A stretch of 64,000 bases of DNA, taken from positions 80,516 to 144,515 of the forward strand of contig JBDHWW010000002.1 in assembly GCA_039810425.1 (NCBI GenBank). The letters are read 5' to 3'. Shown here one piece after another: positions 39,772 to 48,326 of this stretch (its first letter is position 1; every line of letters begins with the position of its first letter). The notes below the pieces were generated by a model. It had not been told where the DNA came from. It made no database searches and saw nothing but the letters and a program-made list of their open reading frames with translations. The translations under genes and the position numbers were made by a program. Origin of the DNA: Pseudobdellovibrionaceae bacterium (GTDB lineage: Bacteria > Bdellovibrionota > Bdellovibrionia > Bdellovibrionales > Bdellovibrionaceae).

Positions 39772-40725
39772 TTAGAAATTCAGGTTGATCGCGAAAGTAA
39801 TACCCAAAACCCTCTTAAAATCCAGGGATCTTTGGAAATCCACGTTCGGAGTCACCTGAAAATCCAGGATTTTACGGTAGAGAATCTGGCTGTAACCGAC
39901 CCCAAAGTTATAACTTTCCAGATGGTAATTCGGTTGATTATTGGAGCCGGCAAACACGTTATAAGAAAGAGCCGACTTACGAGTCAGGATTTGGCCGAAA
40001 GAAATACCATTGGATACCGAATACAAGTGGGACTTTTCTTCGTAGTTTCCTTGATTGACCAGTGTGATTGACCAAATTTTATTCAGCTGAAAATAAAAGT
40101 TCAAGGCTTGAAAAGTTCCAACTCCCTTGTCGGGCGTCGCCCAGAACTCTAGCTTTGGGTTAATTTCGTATCCCGTCATGTGCGCGACACTTTCAAAACT
40201 CAACGAATGCGACACACTTAAAGGATCTTTGAGCTCAATGCGGGGCTCAAAGGACGTTCTGATATTTCCTAATTTTTTGAAGACCCCGACTGTCGCGCCG
40301 TAGTTCCCTTCACGCGGTGTTTGACGAAGATAGTCACTCGGCCCATTACGCCTGTCTTCACGATCATCATACGTGGCAAATTTCAAATGCCAGTATTCTT
40401 CTAAATTTGGCAGTCGGGGATTAACCCCGACGCTGACAGAGTTGTTGAGCGCTTTCCCCTCTTGGGAAACAGCTATGTTTTCAATGCGTAGACTGGATTC
40501 GTTCACACGATTAGTCACACGACGGCCGACTAAGAATAGATCCAAACCCTCGGCGACGCCATCGAACCATTTTGAAATCGCGATGTTGCTGTCGATAAAA
40601 GTTTGTTCCCAGGTTTTACCCTCTTCTTTTTCAGTTTCTTCCTCTTGACCAAAACTCCGAGCCTGAAACAAAGAAATCCCCAGACATAGCCCCCACAAGA
40701 AAGCTTTTCTGCAAACTATTTTCAT
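39772..40725 (-). CDS. Outer-membrane beta-barrel protein
   Basis: Signal peptide; C-terminal ITFAINLNF. Confidence 0.65.
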   Translation of the reverse strand: MKIVCRKAFLWGLCLGISLFQARSFGQEEETEKEEGKTWEQTFIDSNIAISKWFDGVAEGLDLFLVGRRVTNRVNESSLRIENIAVSQEGKALNNSVSVGVNPRLPNLEEYWHLKFATYDDREDRRNGPSDYLRQTPREGNYGATVGVFKKLGNIRTSFEPRIELKDPLSVSHSLSFESVAHMTGYEINPKLEFWATPDKGVGTFQALNFYFQLNKIWSITLVNQGNYEEKSHLYSVSNGISFGQILTRKSALSYNVFAGSNNQPNYHLESYNFGVGYSQILYRKILDFQVTPNVDFQRSLDFKRVLGITFAINLNF

Positions 40726-40760
40726 TGGATTTTCTTGACTATAAATTCTATTCTTCACGT

Positions 40761-41396
40761 ATGAGATATCTTATAAGGGCTTTTATCATTTTGCTATTCC
40801 TTACTGGAAAGACCTTTGCTTATGACCCGGTAGAGGGTCAGGTCACAGCGACCTTGGGCCCTTACTATAGCCGCACCAACTATGCTGGCTTTAATTCCGA
40901 TACTAATTCTTCCTTTAAAAGCGGCGTAGGTTTAATTGCGGTTGGTGACTTTAACTCTCACTCCAGCCTTGAAATCAGTATGTTTTATTTTCCGCAAATG
41001 TTCTTTCGTGACAGCGATGGCTATCGAATTGCTGAGAAATCACAAGTTATCCACATTGGAATGGGTTATCGGCGCTGGTTAGCCGCTTATTTTTCCACAT
41101 CTCTGGCATTTTACTCGTCATATACCATGGGGGAACCCGAAACAATCTATTCAAGCGTTCCTGCCGGCATCTATGTGGACACTTCGGCCCGCGACATCAC
41201 GGAGTATGGATTGGATTGGTCTGTTCAAGGGGACATTTGGAACCAAGACCGTCTCGCCGTGGTTTTAGAAGGGCGTTATTCCCTGTCATTCACTAGTAAA
41301 CCAGGCGAAAAATCCGATCAGTATGGGGCCCTGATCGGACTCCGCTATATGGTTCAAGAAGAAAAACGGGTTATTGCACCTCCACCGGTGAGATGA
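40761..41396 (+). CDS. Outer-membrane beta-barrel-like protein
   Basis: Signal peptide TFA|Y; amphipathic strands ending IGLRY. Confidence 0.6.
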   Translation: MRYLIRAFIILLFLTGKTFAYDPVEGQVTATLGPYYSRTNYAGFNSDTNSSFKSGVGLIAVGDFNSHSSLEISMFYFPQMFFRDSDGYRIAEKSQVIHIGMGYRRWLAAYFSTSLAFYSSYTMGEPETIYSSVPAGIYVDTSARDITEYGLDWSVQGDIWNQDRLAVVLEGRYSLSFTSKPGEKSDQYGALIGLRYMVQEEKRVIAPPPVR

Positions 41397-42594
41397 GCGG
41401 TTTTAGTTCTTCTATCAATCGCCCGGCATCGACCGGCCTTTTCTCACTCCGGAATTGTAGGTCAAAGATGCCTGATGAAACCTCTTTCGGCCCTAGAACA
41501 ATTTTTACAAATGGCCTGAGACGATGTGCAAAAAGAATTCTCTTTGAAAGGCTTCCCTGATTCAAATCCACGTGCACGCGGATATTACTAGATAAAAGCT
41601 TTTTCTCAAGTTCCTTTGCAAAAGGAACCTGAACTTCACTGACTGGAAGCAAATAGACTTGAACCGGGCTGAGCCAACCAGGAAGTTGCCCGTTATAGTA
41701 TTCAAGCAACAGGGCCACGAATCGTTCATGACTGCCCAGTGGAGCCCGGTGAATAATCCACGGCCGCTGACTCTGGCCTGATTTACCAATGAAATTCAGA
41801 TCAAACTTGTCCGCGGAGTTAAAATCCAACTGCACACTGGCGATGGATTCCTCATCCCCGCCCCCCATCTTCATTTGCACATCCACTTTTGGTCCGTAGA
41901 ACGCAGCCTCTCCTTCGGCCTCAAAGAACTGAAGACTCTTTTCGACAAGACACTCTCGTAGAATCTCTTCTCCTTTTAGCCAAAGCTCTCTGTCGCCATC
42001 GAAATCCGCCATGTGCCGTGGATCATGTTTCGAAAGCCGATAGCGATAGCCCTTCAAACCGAGAGCCGCATAGCATTTCTCATGCATATCAAGAACGTTC
42101 TTGATCTCGGACTTGACTTCACATGGATCTATATAGATATGGGCGTCGTTTTGACAAAGCCCCCGGACCCGGGAAAGACCTTTCAGTGAGCCGCTATTTT
42201 CATAACGGTAAACTTGCCCATACTCCGCAATCCTGAGGGGGAGCTGGCGATAACTACGAAGGCTCGAAGAGAACACTTTATGATGGTGAGGGCAATTCAT
42301 CGGTTTTAAATAGTAATGACTCTGATCCTCCGGCCATTGCATCGGCGGAAACATATCTTTCTGAAAAGCGCGCAAATGACCCGAGATTTCATAAAGCTCG
42401 CTCTTCGCGACATGGGGGCTTGAGACTCTTTGATAACCGGCAAGATGTTCCAGATTTTTCACAAAGGCTTCCAAAGAATCTCTCATGGCGACTCCATTGG
42501 GTAACCACACTGGTAGTCCAGCACCTATTTGTTCATTAAAAAAAAAGATTTCCATTTCATCGGCGAGTTGCCGATGATCAAAAATTTTAGACAT
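41371..42594 (-). CDS. thrS: Threonyl-tRNA synthetase, short form lacking TGS/editing domains
   Basis: Begins at DHR; KPMNCPHH, YRYENSG, RVRGLCQNDAHI, AFYGPK, IHRAPLGSHERF; SD GAGG. Confidence 0.88.
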   Translation of the reverse strand: MSKIFDHRQLADEMEIFFFNEQIGAGLPVWLPNGVAMRDSLEAFVKNLEHLAGYQRVSSPHVAKSELYEISGHLRAFQKDMFPPMQWPEDQSHYYLKPMNCPHHHKVFSSSLRSYRQLPLRIAEYGQVYRYENSGSLKGLSRVRGLCQNDAHIYIDPCEVKSEIKNVLDMHEKCYAALGLKGYRYRLSKHDPRHMADFDGDRELWLKGEEILRECLVEKSLQFFEAEGEAAFYGPKVDVQMKMGGGDEESIASVQLDFNSADKFDLNFIGKSGQSQRPWIIHRAPLGSHERFVALLLEYYNGQLPGWLSPVQVYLLPVSEVQVPFAKELEKKLLSSNIRVHVDLNQGSLSKRILFAHRLRPFVKIVLGPKEVSSGIFDLQFRSEKRPVDAGRLIEELKPLISPVEVQ

Positions 42595-42684
42595 AAAATA
42601 CCTCTGATATTTAAGCTAAGTCGTTAGAAATAGACGTAAGAATTTCTGGGATTGTCCGACAAGGACAAAATTATGCGACAACCC

Positions 42685-42738
42685 CTATGGGGTGGTGTGG
42701 AAAAAGCAGAATAGAGGTAAAGAAGACAAGGCTTTCAT
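42685..42738 (-). CDS. Putative thrS leader peptide MKALSSLPLFCFFHTTP*
   Basis: 17-codon ORF ending ACC ACC CCA TAG; -10-like TAAACT 6 nt before ATG; alternative hairpins downstream. Confidence 0.5.
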   Translation of the reverse strand: MKALSSLPLFCFFHTTP

Positions 42739-42855
42739 ACTTGCAGTTTATCTAAAAGAGCCGGTATTTCCCAATTAGATTTACTTATGGGGTCCAAAAG
42801 AAGGTTGAATACCGGCTTTGTCTATAAGTACTATAGTTTCAAAGGAGATCACCGC

Positions 42856-43215
42856 TTGCAGAAAAACCAAAATTTTTATAATCGCTTCCTTTTCGCTTGG
42901 AATGGACTGCGTTCTACTTTCAAACAGGAAAATAGCTTTAAGACAGAAGTGGTTTTTGCCCTCGTTGCAAGTGTCATTCTTTTTTTTCTGAAAGCTGAAC
43001 CTCTTTGGTGGGCAATTTTTCTGATTCTGATGTCAAGTATCCTGGCTTTGGAACTCGTCAATACGGCGATTGAAAACGTCCTAGACCGTCTTCACCCAGA
43101 GCAGAACCCTCAGATCGGCCTCGCCAAAGATTGTGCGGCGGCGGCCATTTTTTTAATGTGTGTTATTTCTATCGTGATCTTTTTTATTTTTCTGTACGAA
43201 AAATTTAACATCTAA
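42856..43215 (+). CDS. dgkA: Diacylglycerol/undecaprenol kinase
   Basis: FAWNGL, ELVNTAIE..LD, AKDCAAAA; SD AAGGAG before TTG. Confidence 0.88.
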   Translation: MQKNQNFYNRFLFAWNGLRSTFKQENSFKTEVVFALVASVILFFLKAEPLWWAIFLILMSSILALELVNTAIENVLDRLHPEQNPQIGLAKDCAAAAIFLMCVISIVIFFIFLYEKFNI

Positions 43216-43576
43216 ATGTGCTTTTAATACATACACTTATGCGGGATCTGAAAAATTCTTTTTCCGGCTGCCTTGACTTCTTTCAATACAAACAGATCTT
43301 TGCGGTATGAGAAAGCATTCCTGCGGCCTTTCGGTCGCTCCTCCCAACTAAAGATTCAAGAATTAGAAATCAAATAGTTATTTTCAATTGTGAGACTGAA
43401 ATTCTCAACAGGGGGTGTTCTTTTGTCTCAAATACTGGATCGCATATCGAGAAAAATAGTTTTTATTCTGGGGTTGGCGGCTTTACTTTTTGTGGCGACA
43501 TCGCCTTGACAGCTAAAATAGAAAACACATTGTCTAACTAGAAAGAGAAATCAAAAAAACCAATAGGAGGTTTGAA

Positions 43577-44029
43577 ATGAGAGCAACACACCCTTTCTTT
43601 ACTACAGGTCTTCATTCTGATCTCTGGAGGCAGATGGATCGCGTCTTTGAAGAAACAGTCGAATTTACTCCCGCTTATGAGGTGAGTGAACGAGACGATC
43701 ACTATGCGATTAGCCTGGATATTCCTGGGGTCAAAAAAGACGAGATCAAGATCGAAGTCTTAGATAAAACTCTCACCATTAGTGGTGAAAGAAAAAAACT
43801 TGAAAAGTCTTATGGCACATTTAAACGCAGCTTTGTGCTACCGAGCACAGTGAGTACCGAAAAAATCGAAGCTCATTATGAGGACGGCGTTTTGAATCTT
43901 TATGTTCCAAAAACACCGGCTGCTCAGGCCCGAACAATTGAAGTTCAGGCCGGCAAAAGCAGCTTTCTAGAAAAATTCTTGGGCGCCAAAGCAGCACAAG
44001 ATTCCACACAAACGACTCAAGTAAACTGA
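43577..44029 (+). CDS. Hsp20/alpha-crystallin small heat-shock protein
   Basis: DIPGV, LTISGER, YGTFKRSF.LP, AHYEDGVL; SD GGAGG. Confidence 0.92.
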   Translation: MRATHPFFTTGLHSDLWRQMDRVFEETVEFTPAYEVSERDDHYAISLDIPGVKKDEIKIEVLDKTLTISGERKKLEKSYGTFKRSFVLPSTVSTEKIEAHYEDGVLNLYVPKTPAAQARTIEVQAGKSSFLEKFLGAKAAQDSTQTTQVN

Positions 44030-44045
44030 GCCCACTTCCCCATAA

Positions 44046-44081
44046 ACGAGCCAGTCCTTCGGGCTGGCTCGTCCTTTTTTT
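44046..44081 (+). terminator. Rho-independent terminator after hsp20
   Basis: ACGAGCCAGTCC-TTCG-GGCTGGCTCGT followed by CC and T7. Confidence 0.8.
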
Positions 44082-44127
44082 CAGCAACTCGTTGTGAAAT
44101 TCGCGTTCGCCCACTAAAATCGGATGC

Positions 44128-45021
44128 ATGAACGAAATTATCACGACCCGCACAGTGAATGCCTCTTCGGACAAAGTTTTTAAGGCCTGGACTCACCCAC
44201 ACTACTTGGCTCAATGGTGGGGACCGAAAGATTTCAAAAATACTTTTCGTGAATTTGATTTAAAACCGGGCGGCGCATGGAATTTTGTCATGCACGGTCC
44301 TAATGGCGTCGACTATCCTAATAGCAGTCAATTCGTTGAAATCAAAGCGCCAGACCGCTTGGTCCTGAATCATATTTCCAATCCGAGATTTCAAGTTGTT
44401 GCGACTTTTGAAGAAGTCGGCAGTCAAACAAAGGTCACCTTTCGCCAAATCTTTCCGACAAAGGATGAAGCAGACAAGATCCGCGCGTTTGTGAAAGAAG
44501 CGAATGAACAAAACATGGACCGTATGGAATCCGTCGTTGCTGACATGATTTTAGATCGCTCGATCCGTGAGGTGACTACGCACCGAATGTTTGATGCAAC
44601 TCCTGAAGAAATCTACTCGGCGTGGACGGACCCTAAAAAGCTGGGTCATTGGTGGGGAACCAATGGGCTTGGCCTGACCACACATTCAATTGATGTGAAA
44701 GCCGGAGGTCTCTGGCGTTTCCTCGTTCATAGTACCGATGGAACTCTTTACCCAAACAGGGTAGAATATACCGAAGCAGTGCGGCCATCACTTTTGTGTT
44801 ATATCCAAGGAAACGATCACGAGCCAGAACAACTAAAAACCATGGTCCACTTAGAAAGAGTCGAAAGGCAAACCAAAGTCACCGTGCAAGTGACCTTTCC
44901 AAATCCGCAAGCTTTTGAGGCCGCCAAGAAATCCAAATCCTATGAAAGTAGCCGCCAAACGCTCGATCGCCTGGCGACCTTCTTAACAAAAAATTCTTCG
45001 TTCTTTTCCAGCGCACCCTAA
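44128..45021 (+). CDS. Tandem SRPBCC (AHSA1-like) protein
   Basis: Two AWT.P..L..WWG repeats. Confidence 0.85.
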   Translation: MNEIITTRTVNASSDKVFKAWTHPHYLAQWWGPKDFKNTFREFDLKPGGAWNFVMHGPNGVDYPNSSQFVEIKAPDRLVLNHISNPRFQVVATFEEVGSQTKVTFRQIFPTKDEADKIRAFVKEANEQNMDRMESVVADMILDRSIREVTTHRMFDATPEEIYSAWTDPKKLGHWWGTNGLGLTTHSIDVKAGGLWRFLVHSTDGTLYPNRVEYTEAVRPSLLCYIQGNDHEPEQLKTMVHLERVERQTKVTVQVTFPNPQAFEAAKKSKSYESSRQTLDRLATFLTKNSSFFSSAP

Positions 45022-45030
45022 AAAACCAGC

Positions 45031-45489
45031 CTACTTAGTTGGAATTAGGATCTCAGTAACGAGTTCCTCTTCTGGAGTCACTCGTGGATCATTCACGTAA
45101 TTCTCAATAAAGAAATTATCCTCGACTGAGAGACCGGTTTCTTTCACGGTATGAAATACACGGCCACAGGCTTCAGGCAGCTGCGAGTAGGAGCCTGTCA
45201 GCACAAAGCGGGAGTACTTACCACCCTGGAATTTTTCATACTTAAAACCAGGAGGGATTGTTTCTGGCTTTCTATCCAGCGCAACACCCGCGCGATAAAG
45301 CATCTTTGGCGCCATTTTATAGAGACTCATATAGCCATTGATTTTTCCTTGGTTGGCAATTTGATCGACGCCTTTGTGCAGAGTTTGCCAAGCCGCTGGC
45401 GCCGTTTCAAGGAAGGGACCAACGCTTTCGACGAAGACATAGTGAGTTTCGGGCCAGTTCACAACATCGGGTTTTAGTGTGAGATTCAT
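45031..45489 (-). CDS. GyrI-like small-molecule-binding protein
   Basis: GGKYSRF..GSY, ENYVNDP..TPEEELVTEI. Confidence 0.85.
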   Translation of the reverse strand: MNLTLKPDVVNWPETHYVFVESVGPFLETAPAAWQTLHKGVDQIANQGKINGYMSLYKMAPKMLYRAGVALDRKPETIPPGFKYEKFQGGKYSRFVLTGSYSQLPEACGRVFHTVKETGLSVEDNFFIENYVNDPRVTPEEELVTEILIPTK

Positions 45490-45497
45490 AGCGTCCT

Positions 45498-46040
45498 CTA
45501 TTTCTGCGCTTCGATAAGCGTTTTCAAGTTTTTAATACCTGCTTCAAACTGACCAGCGATCATCTTTTCACAATCAATAAAGACAGAGATCAGCTTTGTC
45601 AGAAAACCACCATCACCTGACATGGACCAAGTAAAGCGGGTGCCGCCGGTGGCTTCTGGCGTGAGTTTATAAGTGACGATATTCTCAGCATGAACCGGTT
45701 TTGTCATGATAAGCTTAATTTCAACCAACTCGTTAGGAACTACACGAAGCATCTCAAGGCGGCCTGAACCCGCATCGCTATTCCCTTCAAAGTCCATAGT
45801 CTGACCGACTTGCGCCGGTGGGCCCGAAATCGTCTTTTTCATATTTGGATCGATCTTTTCATAAGGAGACCACTCACCACCTTTAGAAAAGTCACTTAAG
45901 TATGGAAAAATTTTTTCCGCCGTGGCGTTGATGACTCCGCTGCGGGAATAATTAAATTTACCTTCGCGAGTTGAGACGTATCCCAAAAAGACAACCAATG
46001 CAGCGACAATACCAATTAAAATCTTTCCTATCACAGGCAC
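45498..46040 (-). CDS. SRPBCC (polyketide cyclase-like) protein
   Basis: WSPYEKIDP, GNSDAGSG, FEAGIKNLK. Confidence 0.82.
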   Translation of the reverse strand: MPVIGKILIGIVAALVVFLGYVSTREGKFNYSRSGVINATAEKIFPYLSDFSKGGEWSPYEKIDPNMKKTISGPPAQVGQTMDFEGNSDAGSGRLEMLRVVPNELVEIKLIMTKPVHAENIVTYKLTPEATGGTRFTWSMSGDGGFLTKLISVFIDCEKMIAGQFEAGIKNLKTLIEAQK

Positions 46041-46070
46041 CCCCTTTTATATATTTAGTATCAAAAACTT

Positions 46071-46090
46071 AACATACCAATTAGTATGTT
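46071..46090. promoter_or_regulatory. Probable TetR operator
   Basis: AACATAC-CAATTA-GTATGTT palindrome between divergent SRPBCC and tetR genes. Confidence 0.65.
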
Positions 46091-46124
46091 GTCAACTGGG
46101 TCCGGCTTTGATAAAGTTAGGTCT

Positions 46125-46754
46125 ATGAAATCAAAGACTTCGCGTGCCAAAAAGACCCGTAACCTAGAGAACTCTAAAAAAGAGATTTTAGCGGTCGCAT
46201 TTGGTGAGATTTTTAGACATGGCTTTCAAGGCGTCAGTGTCGATGATATCGTGAAAAAAACATCACTGACCAAAGGAGCTTTCTATCATCACTTTCCGAC
46301 AAAATTAGATCTCGGCTACGCGTTGGTTGATGAAGTGATTGCGCCCCTGACCGTGAGCCGGTGGACGGCTCCTCTCGAGGAGTATGACAATCCTCTTGAG
46401 GGTATTCTCAAGCAGATGCGCCACAATATCGGTATGGCCGAACCGAAAGACTTAAAACTCGGTTGCCCGTTAAATAATCTTGTGCAAGAGATGTCTCCTC
46501 TCGATGAGGGCTTCCGCAAACGCCTCGATACAGCTTTGAATTTGTGGATTGACGAAACAGATAGGCATCTTCAGCGAGCAAAGAAAAATGGCTATCTTAA
46601 AAAGGGCATCAACACCCGTCACGTCGCTCAATTTATCGTTATGGCTCATGAAGGTTTCTACGGCATGCTGAAAGGAATGCAGGATGCAAAGACTTTCGAA
46701 GTTCTGTACAACTCCCTTGAGATCTATTTTGACTCTCTACAAGAAAAGAAATAG
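46125..46754 (+). CDS. TetR/AcrR family regulator
   Basis: GFQGVSVDDI, TKGAFYHHF; GCPLNN. Confidence 0.9.
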   Translation: MKSKTSRAKKTRNLENSKKEILAVAFGEIFRHGFQGVSVDDIVKKTSLTKGAFYHHFPTKLDLGYALVDEVIAPLTVSRWTAPLEEYDNPLEGILKQMRHNIGMAEPKDLKLGCPLNNLVQEMSPLDEGFRKRLDTALNLWIDETDRHLQRAKKNGYLKKGINTRHVAQFIVMAHEGFYGMLKGMQDAKTFEVLYNSLEIYFDSLQEKK

Positions 46755-46778
46755 AACCCATTCAACGGGGAGAATCAC

Positions 46779-47135
46779 ATGAGCACAGAACCCAAATGCC
46801 CACAATGCGGATCAGAGCATACGTATGCCGACGGAAATCTATGGGTATGCCCAGAGTGCGCTCATGAATGGAGCCAGCTGGCTTCGGCAGATGCTCCTGT
46901 TGAAGCCGTCGAAGACAATTCTATCCGCGACGCAAATGGCAATGTTCTTGCCGATGGCGATAGTGTCACTGTGATTAAAGAACTAAAAATTAAAGGGTCT
47001 TCTGCAGTCGTAAAAGTGGGCACGAAAGTTAAAAATATTCGTCTTACTGATGGCGCCGATGGCCACAACATCTCATGTAAAATTGACGGCATCGGCGCAA
47101 TGAATTTGAAATCTGAATTCGTTCGCAAGGCCTAA
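46779..47135 (+). CDS. YjdM/PhnA family zinc-ribbon protein
   Basis: CPQC...[25 protein letters not shown]. Confidence 0.9.
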   Translation: MSTEPKCPQCGSEHTYADGNLWVCPECAHEWSQLASADAPVEAVEDNSIRDANGNVLADGDSVTVIKELKIKGSSAVVKVGTKVKNIRLTDGADGHNISCKIDGIGAMNLKSEFVRKA

Positions 47136-47266
47136 GGCACCAAAAGCCCTGAATTTTGGGACATCGGCCCATGACAACGGAAGTTATTCCCCAAAACGCC
47201 TGCGAACGGTCACATTGGAATCACAATCGTGCCGTCCAATAAAAGAGGCTTTAAAGGGAGGTTTTC

Positions 47267-47770
47267 ATGGAGACCAATGAGACAATTGATCCGCAAGTTA
47301 AAAAATTTTGTGGCCTCGTCGATGATATTAAGATTGCGATGCTCGTGACGATATCTAATGGTAATGTCTTGCATAGTGCCCCACTAGTCACCCAAGATAT
47401 GGGCCGTGATGGCAGTTTGTGGTTTTTAGTTTCTAAAACATCACAAATCGTGATGAATATAGAAAACAGCAGCCACGTCGCCGTGACTTACGCCGGTTCT
47501 GGCAAATTTGTTTCAGCCATGGGTATTGCGGAACTCGTTAATGATGATATAGATAAGATTCATCAGCTTTGGTCGAAGCCCTATGAAATCTGGTTCTCTC
47601 AAGGGCCGAATGATCCGAAAATTCAGCTTCTCAAAATAGAAGTCGAGAAGGTGGAGTACTGGGAAGGCCACTCATATCCCGTAGCGCAGATTCTTAAGTT
47701 CGCCAAGTACGTCACCGGTTCTGAGAACATCAAGATGGGCGACCATGGCGAACTCAATATTAGACACTAG
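47267..47770 (+). CDS. General stress protein 26 / pyridoxamine-oxidase-like FMN-binding protein
   Basis: IAMLVT, LWF, W...WF..GP.DP, EYWE. Confidence 0.8.
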   Translation: METNETIDPQVKKFCGLVDDIKIAMLVTISNGNVLHSAPLVTQDMGRDGSLWFLVSKTSQIVMNIENSSHVAVTYAGSGKFVSAMGIAELVNDDIDKIHQLWSKPYEIWFSQGPNDPKIQLLKIEVEKVEYWEGHSYPVAQILKFAKYVTGSENIKMGDHGELNIRH

Positions 47771-47858
47771 TGGGCTGATCTTTTCACAAACGTACATGTT
47801 TCGCAATTGCACCACCGACTTAGCCCGTTAATAAGATAGCCAGCAAGGAAATAAAACC

Positions 47859-48269
47859 ATGAATGTTAAAGACAGTGAATTCAAAGCTCTTTTAGAAAAG
47901 TACAAAAAATTTGTGGTCTACGGGTTAAGTCCCGACGCCGGCAAAGCCAGTCACTATGTCCCTGAGTATATGCGCAATCACGGTTGGGACATGGTCGGCA
48001 CCTATCCCAAAGCACACGATGCTGGTGGCTTTAAAATCTACGCCTCATTAAAAGAAGTCCCGGCAGAGTATCGTAAGTTCATAGATGTCTTTAGAAGCTC
48101 CGACCGCATTGATGACGTCGTCAATGAGGCCCTCGCTGTAGGCGGTATCGAGGTCCTGTGGCTGCAACTTGGCATTTCAAATCCAGAAGCTGAGGCTCGC
48201 GCCGAAAAAGCCGGGATCAAAGTCGTTTCCAACCGTTGTCTGATCATTGAACACAAAAAGTACTTCTAA
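47859..48269 (+). CDS. CoA-binding protein
   Basis: GLSP, IDVFR, LWLQLGI, NRC..IEH. Confidence 0.85.
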   Translation: MNVKDSEFKALLEKYKKFVVYGLSPDAGKASHYVPEYMRNHGWDMVGTYPKAHDAGGFKIYASLKEVPAEYRKFIDVFRSSDRIDDVVNEALAVGGIEVLWLQLGISNPEAEARAEKAGIKVVSNRCLIIEHKKYF

Positions 48270-48274
48270 GGCAT

Positions 48275-48304
48275 AAAAAAAGGAGAAGGCTTCCCTTCTC
48301 CTTT
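48275..48304. terminator. Terminator between convergent genes
   Basis: AAAGGAGAAGG-CTTC-CCTTCTCCTTT, A-tract on left flank. Confidence 0.7.
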
Positions 48305-48326
48305 CCGTTTTATCTATTTCCAGATG

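Noticed and set aside
43216..43576. Possible sRNA, riboswitch or CIRCE/HAIR element upstream of hsp20
   Set aside because: Only a short hairpin (GCGGCC-TTTC-GGTCGC) and TTGAC boxes; no consensus match
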